DNA from: a virus
IMG/VR virus record: IMGVR_UViG_3300045988_137103
Length of the DNA stretch: 64,000 nucleotides
Direction: 5' to 3' (one strand)
Both the position numbers and the translations under genes were made by a program. Shown piece after piece: positions 46,416 to 55,368 of the stretch. The notes below the pieces were generated by a model, which was not told where the DNA came from, did no database searches, and worked only from the letters and a program-made list of their open reading frames with translations. How positions within the stretch are numbered: the stretch's first letter is position 1; every line of letters starts with the position of its first letter.

Positions 46416-46907
46416 TCATTCTTGTTTTTGTGATTTGACAAATTTGAAAATCTCGTCCAGCTTGTTCTCCATCTGGTCGAGTCTTTCGTTGGTTTTCTGC
46501 TGGTCACGAAACGTTGTGTCCAGTTCTGAGAGAAGATGATCACAGTCCTTAACGGTCTGCTCGAAGTCCGGCATCTTATTGATGATGTCATTGGCTTGAT
46601 TCTTCAAGGCGTTCACCTCGTTGATGATACTCTCCTTGCTACAGGAGATTACAAGGGTGTCGCTGTATGCTGTTTGCTCAGTATCTACAACCGAGTAGAT
46701 AGACTGCTTGCCATCCTCAGTTTGCACGTTTACTTTCACGTTCCTTGCCCCATAATTCGGCATTCCAGGCATAGCAGCCATAACGTTCTGCTTGCCATTC
46801 TCAAAGTCAGGGCATGGATTGGTCGTCACCTTACCTTGTTTAAATTTTCTGCTGGCTCTATCAAATAGATAGATTGGAAATCCAGCCTTCAAGTCTCTGA
46901 ATATCAT
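46416..46907 (-). CDS. Hypothetical protein (163 aa)
   Basis: ORF. Its stop is one nucleotide from the next start. Confidence 0.55.
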   Translation of the reverse strand: MIFRDLKAGFPIYLFDRASRKFKQGKVTTNPCPDFENGKQNVMAAMPGMPNYGARNVKVNVQTEDGKQSIYSVVDTEQTAYSDTLVISCSKESIINEVNALKNQANDIINKMPDFEQTVKDCDHLLSELDTTFRDQQKTNERLDQMENKLDEIFKFVKSQKQE

Positions 46908-46984
46908 AATCGTATCTTTTTAAATGGATAATGCGAGGGAAACAATGGCTAACAAACCATCCATCATTTCCCCCTATAATGATA

Positions 46985-47428
46985 CTAAGCAGTAGTCAAT
47001 GCTACGGTTAGACTGTCAAATATGCTCAGGCCTCTAGCCTTTCCGCATACCACATCGTTAGCCTTTTGCGTTCTGCCTACACTGGTGATGGTCACAGCCG
47101 TTGGCAGAGCTGTCTGCCCTTGGAAGGCTGCTACCCATTTTTCCGTGTAAATCAACGGCTGTGCTCTCATCATGTTTTTGTTGCCTGTTACAGGCGAAAT
47201 GATGGAGATAGTTGCCACGATAGGCACAAACACCGTTGTACCATTCAGGATAGGCTGCTCATAACTGTAGGTTATGCTTGCCTGTGGCTGCACACTGCCA
47301 TTCACGCAATAAGGTCTGCAAAGCTTCTCATTGTAAGTAGCTAAGACTGAAACTTGGTTGGCTACCAATGCTGTAGTAGCCAAACCCACTGGAGAAATCT
47401 TGTTCATACCACTACGCTTCTGTTTCAT
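46985..47428 (-). CDS. Hypothetical protein (147 aa)
   Basis: ORF with beta-rich composition. Confidence 0.55.
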   Translation of the reverse strand: MKQKRSGMNKISPVGLATTALVANQVSVLATYNEKLCRPYCVNGSVQPQASITYSYEQPILNGTTVFVPIVATISIISPVTGNKNMMRAQPLIYTEKWVAAFQGQTALPTAVTITSVGRTQKANDVVCGKARGLSIFDSLTVALTTA

Positions 47429-47439
47429 TCTTTACTTTT

Positions 47440-48306
47440 TTACTGATAGCCACCTGCTACACCTGCGCCACATCCGCAACCGCCATTCATCAGATTGGCA
47501 AGGTAGATGTTCTGCTGCAACTGCGAGTTCTTAAACTTCAAGTCCTGAATCTCGTTAGCTTGCTCCTGGCTCCAATGACCTGTCAAGGTATCGATGATAC
47601 GCTGGGTGTTGTTCTCACCTGCACGGATGATGTCACACTTGTCTTGCTGCATCTGGAAACCGAGGTTCGAAGCTGCTCTTTCTATACCAGTGTTGGTATA
47701 GCTAAAGCCCTGCTGCATCTGGTTAACGATGTCCTTCTGACCAAGCTGGTTGTCGTACCCCATCTTGATGATGTTCTGCTGCGTCTGGCAGCAGCAATCC
47801 TTCAATGCTATGGTCATCTGCAAGTTACCCTGCGAGATAGCGTTAATTACTCGCTCTGCCGAGAATCCTACCTGACCGCCAAGCTGCTGGATGCCTGCCT
47901 GGATGCCACAGATAGAGTTCTGCAAGGCGTTGAAGTCACAGTTCAGATTGCTTGCTAACATCTTAAGGTCGTTGCCATTACCCTGGATGGCACCCATCAG
48001 CAAGTTGCTGTTTTGGTTGTCTGCCATCTGGTTGCGCAAACTTTCAATTTGGCTCTGAATCTCCGCACGCTGTACGTCTGCACCGTTGTCACGATTGTTC
48101 CAGTCTGCACCATACATATAGCGCATCATGCCCATCATCATCATGTAGGCAAATGGATTGTTCCACATGTCGGCATCGTCACGGTCTCGCATCATAGCTG
48201 CCATTGCCAAAGGATTGTTGTTGTCACGATTTGCCATCGCTCCAAGCAAACCACCCATCATTGCATCGTTGCAACAAGAGGTAGTCTTAATTACTTCTTC
48301 TGCCAT
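47440..48306 (-). CDS. Met/Asn/Gln/Cys-rich protein of unknown function (288 aa)
   Basis: ORF with striking composition: MMMMGMMRYMYG, CC and CCC clusters, Q/N-rich middle, GGCGCGAGVAGGYQ C-terminus. Confidence 0.6.
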   Translation of the reverse strand: MAEEVIKTTSCCNDAMMGGLLGAMANRDNNNPLAMAAMMRDRDDADMWNNPFAYMMMMGMMRYMYGADWNNRDNGADVQRAEIQSQIESLRNQMADNQNSNLLMGAIQGNGNDLKMLASNLNCDFNALQNSICGIQAGIQQLGGQVGFSAERVINAISQGNLQMTIALKDCCCQTQQNIIKMGYDNQLGQKDIVNQMQQGFSYTNTGIERAASNLGFQMQQDKCDIIRAGENNTQRIIDTLTGHWSQEQANEIQDLKFKNSQLQQNIYLANLMNGGCGCGAGVAGGYQ

Positions 48307-48504
48307 AATTCCTAAAGTAATAAAAGTTTTACATTTTGTTTATTAACACATGTAACCGATTACGGCAGCAAAGTTATCCCAAAATATCTACATGTTTCAT
48401 AACTCTGTCAAACATTCTTTTAGTGGCTGAGTTCCAATGATTTAAGGTGACATAGACCCATATCAAAAAAAGAGAAGCCTCATCAGCTTCTCTTCATTAT
48501 TCTG

Positions 48505-48687
48505 TTATTTACCCATAAAATAAGTGATGATGGTTCCAGCAATCACTATCACATTGATAAATGTTAGCCACGCAAACAACCACTTCTTGCGTTTATAATC
48601 TCCTGTCCACCAAACAAAGATATTAAACGAAACGCTCAACATTATAATGATAGCACACTCTACAAATAAAAATGTTACCATATTCAT
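48505..48687 (-). CDS. Small two-TM membrane protein (60 aa)
   Basis: Hydrophobic ORF. Confidence 0.45.
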   Translation of the reverse strand: MNMVTFLFVECAIIIMLSVSFNIFVWWTGDYKRKKWLFAWLTFINVIVIAGTIITYFMGK

Positions 48688-48713
48688 ATCGCTTATCCGT
48701 GTTGCGATAGGGC

Positions 48714-49064
48714 TTAGTTCTTGTTTCTTTTCAGTCTTTTCTTGATAAACTCCTTAACGTCCCACTTCTTGAAGAAATGAGAATGATCCCCAGCGTTCCC
48801 CACGCTCTCCAGCTCCCCATCAGCGATAGCCCTTCTTAGGGTAGATTCGCTGATATGCGCCTCCTTCTTCACCTGTCCAGCAGTCATCATTGGGTTGAGA
48901 GCATACGGCAGATAGTTCTCACAAAGGTCTTCTATCTCATCGCTACTCATTCCGCAAGCAGTTACCTTCTCCCCTCTCTTCTCTTGCTCGTCTGCTCGAA
49001 AGCAAGAGTCAGACAACGATTTTAATAACACTCCCGCGGTGTGATAACCAAATAACTTTCCCAT
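48714..49064 (-). CDS. HTH DNA-binding protein (excisionase/MerR-like), 116 aa
   Basis: MTAGQVKKEAHISESTLRRAIADGELESV is an Xis/MerR-type helix-turn-helix pattern. Confidence 0.55.
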   Translation of the reverse strand: MGKLFGYHTAGVLLKSLSDSCFRADEQEKRGEKVTACGMSSDEIEDLCENYLPYALNPMMTAGQVKKEAHISESTLRRAIADGELESVGNAGDHSHFFKKWDVKEFIKKRLKRNKN

Positions 49065-49068
49065 ATCA

Positions 49069-49620
49069 TTATAATCTAGAGATTAAACTTTGACAGCCCT
49101 TGCCTGAGAAATACTTATCAGCAAACCCATATACATAAAATATAATGGTCATTACAAGTATTACAACATTAGCTTCCAACATTTCGTTGGTAGTAAAAAC
49201 ATTCCAATATACAATGTGTATAGCATTAATACCGAATAGGTATATAATCATAGGAATACGCCATCTGTAGCAGAGCCAGAAGAACCTACTTGCAAGTATA
49301 AGCACAAGCGGATGGATGTAAACTGAGAAATATATAAATGCTGCCGATACCCAATTCTCCTTAAACCATACGCACATTTCTTTTTCATGAGACGCAAATG
49401 TTACCATGCATGCAATATGAAAAAGCATGATAAACAGAGGCATCACTTCACAATAATACTTGAACCAAGTGAGTAGCTTCACGCTGTAGCCTCTACCTGC
49501 AAGGATAATGACGTTAATCATTTCGCTAACGTCCATACCCTTAAACATTACTCTTGACAACTGTACTACACCGACTGATTGAACTAACCGATGGACTTCA
49601 TCTTCTTCCTCTTTAGTCAT
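49069..49620 (-). CDS. Multi-pass membrane protein (183 aa)
   Basis: Four to five hydrophobic segments. Confidence 0.55.
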   Translation of the reverse strand: MTKEEEDEVHRLVQSVGVVQLSRVMFKGMDVSEMINVIILAGRGYSVKLLTWFKYYCEVMPLFIMLFHIACMVTFASHEKEMCVWFKENWVSAAFIYFSVYIHPLVLILASRFFWLCYRWRIPMIIYLFGINAIHIVYWNVFTTNEMLEANVVILVMTIIFYVYGFADKYFSGKGCQSLISRL

Positions 49621-49938
49621 AAATTCTTCTCCTTTTGTTTTTGGGTTTATTATTTGTTCTTAGTTCCTCATTCTTAATAATAAGGAAAGTGCTGCAAAAA
49701 TAAACAATTCTGCACAAAAACATTCATTTTGTGCCATTTTTTATAGTTAAACTTTGCTAAAGTAACAATCCGTAAGCAGATATTAGCGGAGCTTACTAAT
49801 AAACACACCATTTGATTGATTGATTGACACAGTTTTTTATGTAGTATTCAGATAGAGGTTATCTCTTCTACTATGTCGTTTCCTCTCATGTAAATTTCTA
49901 CTACCTTATGCTGGCTGATGATGCGACTGATTTCACTC

Positions 49939-51210
49939 TCACTTGGAATTTCGTTTAATATTTTTATTTGACGTTTCTCGTAATCCATAGTAATTATCCA
50001 TTAAAAATTCGAAATCTCTGCTATTTTTCTTCTTTAGCAGCTTTCGATTAATCATATCTCTCTTGTATTTATTCTTTACGCAAACACATTCATAATGACC
50101 TTTGATATAAAGATGTCTGTAAAATCTTAAATCCATTTCTAACATAACACACTTTCTGATCTCGTAGCTGTCGCAGTGTCTCATTAACCCAAGATAACTG
50201 TTGATAGAGCAAATGTAATGTTGCAACTCCTCTATGCTATAGTTTTCGGGTAATGTGTTCATGTGATGTATCAATTGCTTAAAATTACTCACCATGCGGT
50301 TACTGGCATAAATTCTATCTCGTTTCACTACCATGCCTGTAAACTTGATTCCCTTGTATACGGATTGCAGCTCTATCTTCCTTGGATGTAAGGTCACACC
50401 TATATTGGCAAGATATTTTCTTATTTTAGGCGCAGAAGCTAGTAATACTTGCTTATCCTGATGAATCAGGAAGAAATCGTCAACGTATCTACCATGATAA
50501 TAGATATGCAGAATTATTTCAAGCATCCAGTCAAAATCGTTAAGCCAGAAGTTGGCATCATGCTGGCTTGTAAGATTGCCGATAGGAAGACCGTGATTCT
50601 CCTTCGCCCCTCGCAAAGTTTTGCCTAGTGGTACTTTTGCCATAGATTCTTCAGAAGAACGCTTAATACAGTTCTTTGTCGGATCGTTCATTATTGTGAC
50701 ACGAGATAAGTAGCGCAAGTCTTCTATATCATCACCCTTGTAATTATCTACAATAAAAGCATCCACTTTATCAGCGAGTTCTGTTCTCGGAATACTCATA
50801 AAGAAGCCTTTCATGTCGCATTTCAAATACCAGCACGGCTTGGTAAAGTTCTCGGAACATTCTTTGATGTCTGCTGCAAGTTGTTTTACTCCATAGAGTT
50901 GACCCTTACCTGTGCGACAATTATATGTTCTATCACTAAACACTCCTTCAAACAAAGGTTCTAATCTGAGCGCAATATAATGATGGATAACTCTATCACG
51001 AAAATTAGCAGCGAAAACCTCACGGTAAACAGGTCGAGAGACAACAAAGGTAATGGATGGCATCGGCTCATAAGTCCTGGAGTTTATCCTTTCAACCAAA
51101 TCCGTTATATTTTCGAATAAGTACGTTTCAAACCTTATTGCATCTGGCGATGATGCCTTGCCTTTTCGGCAGTCTTCGTAGGCTGCCATTATATATTCTG
51201 CCTTTACCAT
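49939..51210 (-). CDS. DGR reverse transcriptase
   Basis: RT motifs: NFRDRVIHHYI, NCRTGKG, KCDMKGFFMSI, LPIGNLTSQHDANFWLNDFD (DGR-specific [I/L]GxxxSQ), RYVDDFFLI. Confidence 0.9.
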   Translation of the reverse strand: MVKAEYIMAAYEDCRKGKASSPDAIRFETYLFENITDLVERINSRTYEPMPSITFVVSRPVYREVFAANFRDRVIHHYIALRLEPLFEGVFSDRTYNCRTGKGQLYGVKQLAADIKECSENFTKPCWYLKCDMKGFFMSIPRTELADKVDAFIVDNYKGDDIEDLRYLSRVTIMNDPTKNCIKRSSEESMAKVPLGKTLRGAKENHGLPIGNLTSQHDANFWLNDFDWMLEIILHIYYHGRYVDDFFLIHQDKQVLLASAPKIRKYLANIGVTLHPRKIELQSVYKGIKFTGMVVKRDRIYASNRMVSNFKQLIHHMNTLPENYSIEELQHYICSINSYLGLMRHCDSYEIRKCVMLEMDLRFYRHLYIKGHYECVCVKNKYKRDMINRKLLKKKNSRDFEFLMDNYYGLRETSNKNIKRNSK

Positions 51211-51240
51211 TACTATTATCTCCCTAACTCTCCTAACTAG

Positions 51241-51368
51241 TGCTGTAACAGGACGAACCCGATTCGAATTGTCAACCTTACCGTTGTTGTTCCGATTGCC
51301 ATTCGAGAAATTCAGATTCCACGCATTCGTGCCAGAATTCTCAACGCACGACCAGTAATTCGTCCGCT
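51241..51368 (-). repeat. DGR template repeat (TR)
   Basis: 128 bp, 113/128 identical to 52006-52133. Read on the minus strand it is rich in AAT/AAC codons at the mismatched positions. Confidence 0.9.
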
Positions 51369-51519
51369 ATTTTCTCGCTCTTTATTATACATCTTAGCTG
51401 CTTCGCTACACCGAACAAATGATGATGCGACTTGACAGCAGCGAGACCATTATTTATGGAGAATCACATTCTATAATAAGCCTTGACCTAATTATACTCT
51501 AGCTTTATTCGAAGAAGGA

Positions 51520-51867
51520 CTAACCTTTCTTCGAATTTCCCCAAGCTGTAGCCTGTCTACCGATGGCGGTTGTCAGTCTGCAAATATCAGCAGCTTGCTT
51601 CTCTGAGAATAATTTCCTCTTGAAGCAAAGGCGAAGGACAGTTTTGAGGAGTTCGAATTTTACTCGGAATCCCATCATATACTGATGCCTGTTATCCGCA
51701 TACATATTCGCTAGCTGGATGTACTCGAAAAGTTCAAGAGCAACGCTTGTCATTTTCTCACCCAAATCGTAACGATACATTCTCGGAAAGCTAACCTTCA
51801 TCGCGGTGAGTTTATCGACCAATTCAAACGTATCTTTATATATTTGTAAATCCTTCGCTAATGCCAT
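51520..51867 (-). CDS. avd: DGR accessory variability determinant (Avd-like four-helix-bundle protein)
   Basis: 115-aa basic helical protein between the target and TR. The sequence style is that of the Avd / 23S-rRNA-IVS protein family. Confidence 0.75.
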   Translation of the reverse strand: MALAKDLQIYKDTFELVDKLTAMKVSFPRMYRYDLGEKMTSVALELFEYIQLANMYADNRHQYMMGFRVKFELLKTVLRLCFKRKLFSEKQAADICRLTTAIGRQATAWGNSKKG

Positions 51868-51953
51868 AGATATTCCAGCTTATTGCCACTAATTATTCGT
51901 GATATTGTTATTATTTATATGTTCGTATCTCTCTATCTCTTAACCTTGCTTGA

Positions 51954-51968
51954 CCGACCTGCGGTCGG
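51954..51968 (-). promoter_or_regulatory. GC-rich hairpin downstream of the VR
   Basis: CCGACC-TGC-GGTCGG, 37 nt 3' of the VR end on the coding strand. Same position as the hairpin/cruciform that assists homing in characterised DGRs. Confidence 0.5.
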
Positions 51969-51999
51969 AAAGAGATAAAGAGGTGAAGAGATAAAATGA

Positions 52000-52776
52000 T
52001 TAAAATGCTGTAACAGGACGAACCCGATACGAAGTGTCAACCTTACCGTCGTAGCTCCGATTGCCAGTCGAGAAACCCAGACCCCACGCACGCGTGCCAG
52101 AACCCTCAACGCACGACCAGTAATACGTCCGCTGCAAGAGTGATACAGACTGCTTTCCAGCATCCCTGATACGCTGTAGGGCGAGATTGATAGTCTCGAA
52201 GTGCTGATGGATGAGAGATAAATCTCCCATCGTTGGCAACCACCAGTGATGCTTGCCAATCTGGCATATCTTGCTACCTTCAGCACGCTTCGTCATATAG
52301 TTCCAGCAGTATGCAACCGCATACGTTGCAGGATCATCGTTCTTATAGTAGCTGCTCGCCATGACGCCAGCAGTACGTGTTGCACCATCGAAGGTATTCA
52401 TGTCGCCTGATGTCTGATACCCGACAGAGCTGCTATTCTGCACGCTTCCCCATTTCATCGCTGCCGACGGCTCAGTCAGAGCAATACCCAGTCTGTAGCC
52501 ACCATGCTGGATAACGATAGCATCAGCATCGGCAGATGAAATGCCAATTGATGTTGTCTGCCATGGTTCTATGCGCATGTACGAGCCGATATTGTCGGTA
52601 TCGCCTCCGCTCTGCGTTCCCCATCCGTCATTCTGTATCTTACCGATATACACTCCATCCTGCAAAGGACGAAGGTTCTGATTAAGATAAGCCTGCATGC
52701 TTGCCTTGCTTGCGTTCGTGACCGCTTCTCCGTTCTGAGATAGCCAGTCACTCATTCTTTTTGTTTTTATTCCCAT
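52000..52776 (-). CDS. DGR target protein, C-type-lectin-fold / DUF1566-like receptor-binding candidate (258 aa)
   Basis: The VR occupies the last 43 codons (...YYWSCVEGSGTRAWGLGFSTGNRSYDGKVDTSYRVRPVTAF). Upstream HHWWLPTMGDLSLI resembles the DUF1566 W.LPT..EL motif. Follows the fibre-like genes. Confidence 0.8.
   Translation of the reverse strand: MGIKTKRMSDWLSQNGEAVTNASKASMQAYLNQNLRPLQDGVYIGKIQNDGWGTQSGGDTDNIGSYMRIEPWQTTSIGISSADADAIVIQHGGYRLGIALTEPSAAMKWGSVQNSSSVGYQTSGDMNTFDGATRTAGVMASSYYKNDDPATYAVAYCWNYMTKRAEGSKICQIGKHHWWLPTMGDLSLIHQHFETINLALQRIRDAGKQSVSLLQRTYYWSCVEGSGTRAWGLGFSTGNRSYDGKVDTSYRVRPVTAF
52006..52133 (-). repeat. DGR variable repeat (VR)
   Basis: 15 mismatches to the TR. Every one falls where the TR has T on the + strand (A on the coding strand). 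The 3' 23 nt are identical to the TR (IMH-like). Confidence 0.9.
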
Positions 52777-52794
52777 TTTACTTCTGTGTTTATA

Positions 52795-53961
52795 TTAACT
52801 AATTTCATCACTGGCATCTACCAGAAAATTCAAATCCTTTGCACTACAAATTGATATGTCAAATTCAGCCTCTGTGCTGACGAAATTACCAGACATACCA
52901 ATGTAACCACAATTAAACCGTATTTGATTTGATGTTTTGTTTATCCATATCAATCTTCCAATTCTAGGAGTAATATTAACAATAGCATCCCCAGCAGCAC
53001 CATTAAACCATTGTGATGGTAATGTAAGCGTGTATTCTCCTCTATCATCATAGGTGATACTCATTTTTCGATTGTCGAATGTTAGCTGACTCATCGTTAC
53101 AGTACCGGTATCTTTTATTTGCTTTCCTGTTATATGAGCATAAGCAAGAACATGTGAACTGTGTCCGTACAGGTATTGCGTCCCAATATAGGCTCTATTG
53201 AGTACTATCCATCCATAGAAGGTGTCTGGGGTTCCATATCCCAGCAATTCTACAGCTTCCCTAGATATAACTAGTTTTTTCTTCTTCACACCGTCCTCGT
53301 AGAAATAACATCCATCTGGGGCACTAATAGTTCCATACATATCGGCATATTCTCCATTCCAAAGATAGTTGACAAGTGTGACTCTACGACCACTCTGATT
53401 GGTAGTCCACTTAATGCTGAAGTTGTTGCCAAAAATATGGTTCCATCCAGATTCATCTGAAATAAGAGCAACATTGTCGCTATAATCAATATCCGTAGAC
53501 GATGACGCTAAAGTGAAAGGCACTCTTGTGGATCCTGTTATCTTTACATTTTCAAAATTACCACTCTTGCACACAATTCCATCTTTATCCGCCTTGAGAA
53601 GAACATTACCATTTCCTTCACCTTGGTCTGTGATAAGGATATTGTCAACACCAAGGTTATGGATATACGCCTTCCGTGCAAGGAATAGTCCAGTTGCAAG
53701 CCGCTTGTAGTCTGTGATAGGCTTGAAATAAATCGTGTTCGTAGGTACGACACCATTTCCCTTCACGAATGATCTGATGCACTGGTAAATGTTATCTCCA
53801 TACAGAACAATGTCAATCCACTGCTCATCTCCTGTACCTGATTCTATTGCGGATCCATCGGGGATGTCTTCCCAAGGGCGAGGGCGTTCTGTTGCGCCCT
53901 TCGCTCCTTTTTCTATCTCTGCAATAGATCCAGTCGTTGTTGCTAAGATATTACTTCCCAT
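52795..53961 (-). CDS. Tail fibre/spike-like protein (388 aa)
   Basis: ORF in the late block immediately upstream of the DGR target. Beta-rich composition. Assignment by context. Confidence 0.5.
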   Translation of the reverse strand: MGSNILATTTGSIAEIEKGAKGATERPRPWEDIPDGSAIESGTGDEQWIDIVLYGDNIYQCIRSFVKGNGVVPTNTIYFKPITDYKRLATGLFLARKAYIHNLGVDNILITDQGEGNGNVLLKADKDGIVCKSGNFENVKITGSTRVPFTLASSSTDIDYSDNVALISDESGWNHIFGNNFSIKWTTNQSGRRVTLVNYLWNGEYADMYGTISAPDGCYFYEDGVKKKKLVISREAVELLGYGTPDTFYGWIVLNRAYIGTQYLYGHSSHVLAYAHITGKQIKDTGTVTMSQLTFDNRKMSITYDDRGEYTLTLPSQWFNGAAGDAIVNITPRIGRLIWINKTSNQIRFNCGYIGMSGNFVSTEAEFDISICSAKDLNFLVDASDEIS

Positions 53962-53964
53962 AGG

Positions 53965-55068
53965 CTAATCTGATGTTTGAATAATATAGGTTGCTCCACC
54001 ATGACCAACAATCATTTCGCTAGTAACCTCAAAGGTTTCTGCAGGAGTTTCGAACTTCTGCAGCGAAACACCGGCATTGTCGTAAATCCACATCTTGAAC
54101 TTTTGATTTTTGACGGTATTACGTACACCATTATCATTATACCAGAGAATAGGCTTGTAGTAGATGGTCTTTCCATCTCCTCGGGTAAACTGCTCCACTG
54201 TAGGGAATCCGTTTTCGTCACAAGGGTTTGCGTGAATATTATAAGGGTCGGAAGCATCATTTACAGTCTGCACGTCCTGACCATACAAGTCGTCATTCTT
54301 ATATACTTCTACTTTAACCAAAGCAGATGAATTTACCTGAGACTCCAATATCGTGAATACATCAGATGTTTCTGTCTGTAGGGTCCATGCTCCACTTTCT
54401 TCAATATACCATTTAAATGTATATCCAAGACCTGCGGCAGATTTGTTATCAACCTGTGCCCGAAGTTTACAAGTTCCGTTCTTTGTGCGAATGGTAAAAT
54501 AATTAGTATCACCTGCAACAATCGTTACCATCTTGGTGTTTTCTGTTCCAAGGGTAATTGATACCTGGTATGCACTTGATAGTTTAACAGAAGAGTTAAC
54601 AACGGAAACATCTGCCTCACCTCTAATAAGGAAGGAATTGCATCCGTTCACCTTTACAAGGTTTTTATTTACTTGCAAAGCTTGAACTTTAATGTAGCCA
54701 CTTTCAGCGTCACCAATCTGCTGCGTTGTCTTTGTGAAATGACCAGTATCCCCACCGAAGGTGTTTTTCGATACTCCCTGCGAATCAAACAGGATTTCAG
54801 TAGTACCAATAAACCAGTGCATGTTAGCATTTTCTATGGATGCGAGACCATTTCCACTACCAACCTCGGAAGAGTAGGCCAGAAAAACTAACATAGGCTT
54901 GGTTACTCCACTGGCTTCAAAGTCAGGAGCAATATTTGTGGGCGCATCAGCATCACCAAGATATGTTTGATATAAGTCACCTAATTGACATTGTATAACG
55001 GTATAGAAAGTAGTACCATTGCTTACAACGGTAATCTGTCCGGTTGTAGACGCTTTTGCATTAACCAT
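53965..55068 (-). CDS. Structural protein, Ig-like/beta-rich (367 aa)
   Basis: ORF in the late block. Confidence 0.5.
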   Translation of the reverse strand: MVNAKASTTGQITVVSNGTTFYTVIQCQLGDLYQTYLGDADAPTNIAPDFEASGVTKPMLVFLAYSSEVGSGNGLASIENANMHWFIGTTEILFDSQGVSKNTFGGDTGHFTKTTQQIGDAESGYIKVQALQVNKNLVKVNGCNSFLIRGEADVSVVNSSVKLSSAYQVSITLGTENTKMVTIVAGDTNYFTIRTKNGTCKLRAQVDNKSAAGLGYTFKWYIEESGAWTLQTETSDVFTILESQVNSSALVKVEVYKNDDLYGQDVQTVNDASDPYNIHANPCDENGFPTVEQFTRGDGKTIYYKPILWYNDNGVRNTVKNQKFKMWIYDNAGVSLQKFETPAETFEVTSEMIVGHGGATYIIQTSD

Positions 55069-55351
55069 TATTCACCTCGCTTTCCTTTTTAGCAGCATCC
55101 TCTTTTACCTCATCAGGGTCATAGCACTTTGCTGGATTTTCTGTAGTACCATCAATCTCCATACGAGCCTGCTCTGGGGTGAGGAGTGCACCACCGACTT
55201 TCTCTGCACGTTCACTAAGTGTAAGCCCAGTCACACCATTCAAGTCGCTTTGAAACAAAATAATGTTTCCATCAGCACTTTTTGTGCCAGTTACGAAAGA
55301 AGGAAGAATCCTCTTCTTCACCTCTGGCTTAACTTTTACATAATATGCCAT
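55061..55351 (-). CDS. Small structural-module protein (96 aa)
   Basis: ORF. 8-nt overlap with the downstream gene. Confidence 0.5.
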   Translation of the reverse strand: MAYYVKVKPEVKKRILPSFVTGTKSADGNIILFQSDLNGVTGLTLSERAEKVGGALLTPEQARMEIDGTTENPAKCYDPDEVKEDAAKKESEVNNG

Positions 55352-55368
55352 ACTGAATTATATTTAGA

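Larger units (their letters stand above)
49939..52776 (-). mobile_element. Diversity-generating retroelement (target-Avd-TR-RT)
   Basis: Canonical gene order. A 128-bp TR/VR pair with adenine-specific mismatches. The RT carries the DGR-type IGNLTSQ motif. Confidence 0.9.

Noticed and set aside
51933-52286. 117-aa minus-strand ORF overlapping the 3' end of the DGR target and the VR
   Set aside because: It is an alternative frame of the target gene. The frame ending ...YRVRPVTAF is the one in which TR adenines fall in AAY codons, so that frame is the real one.
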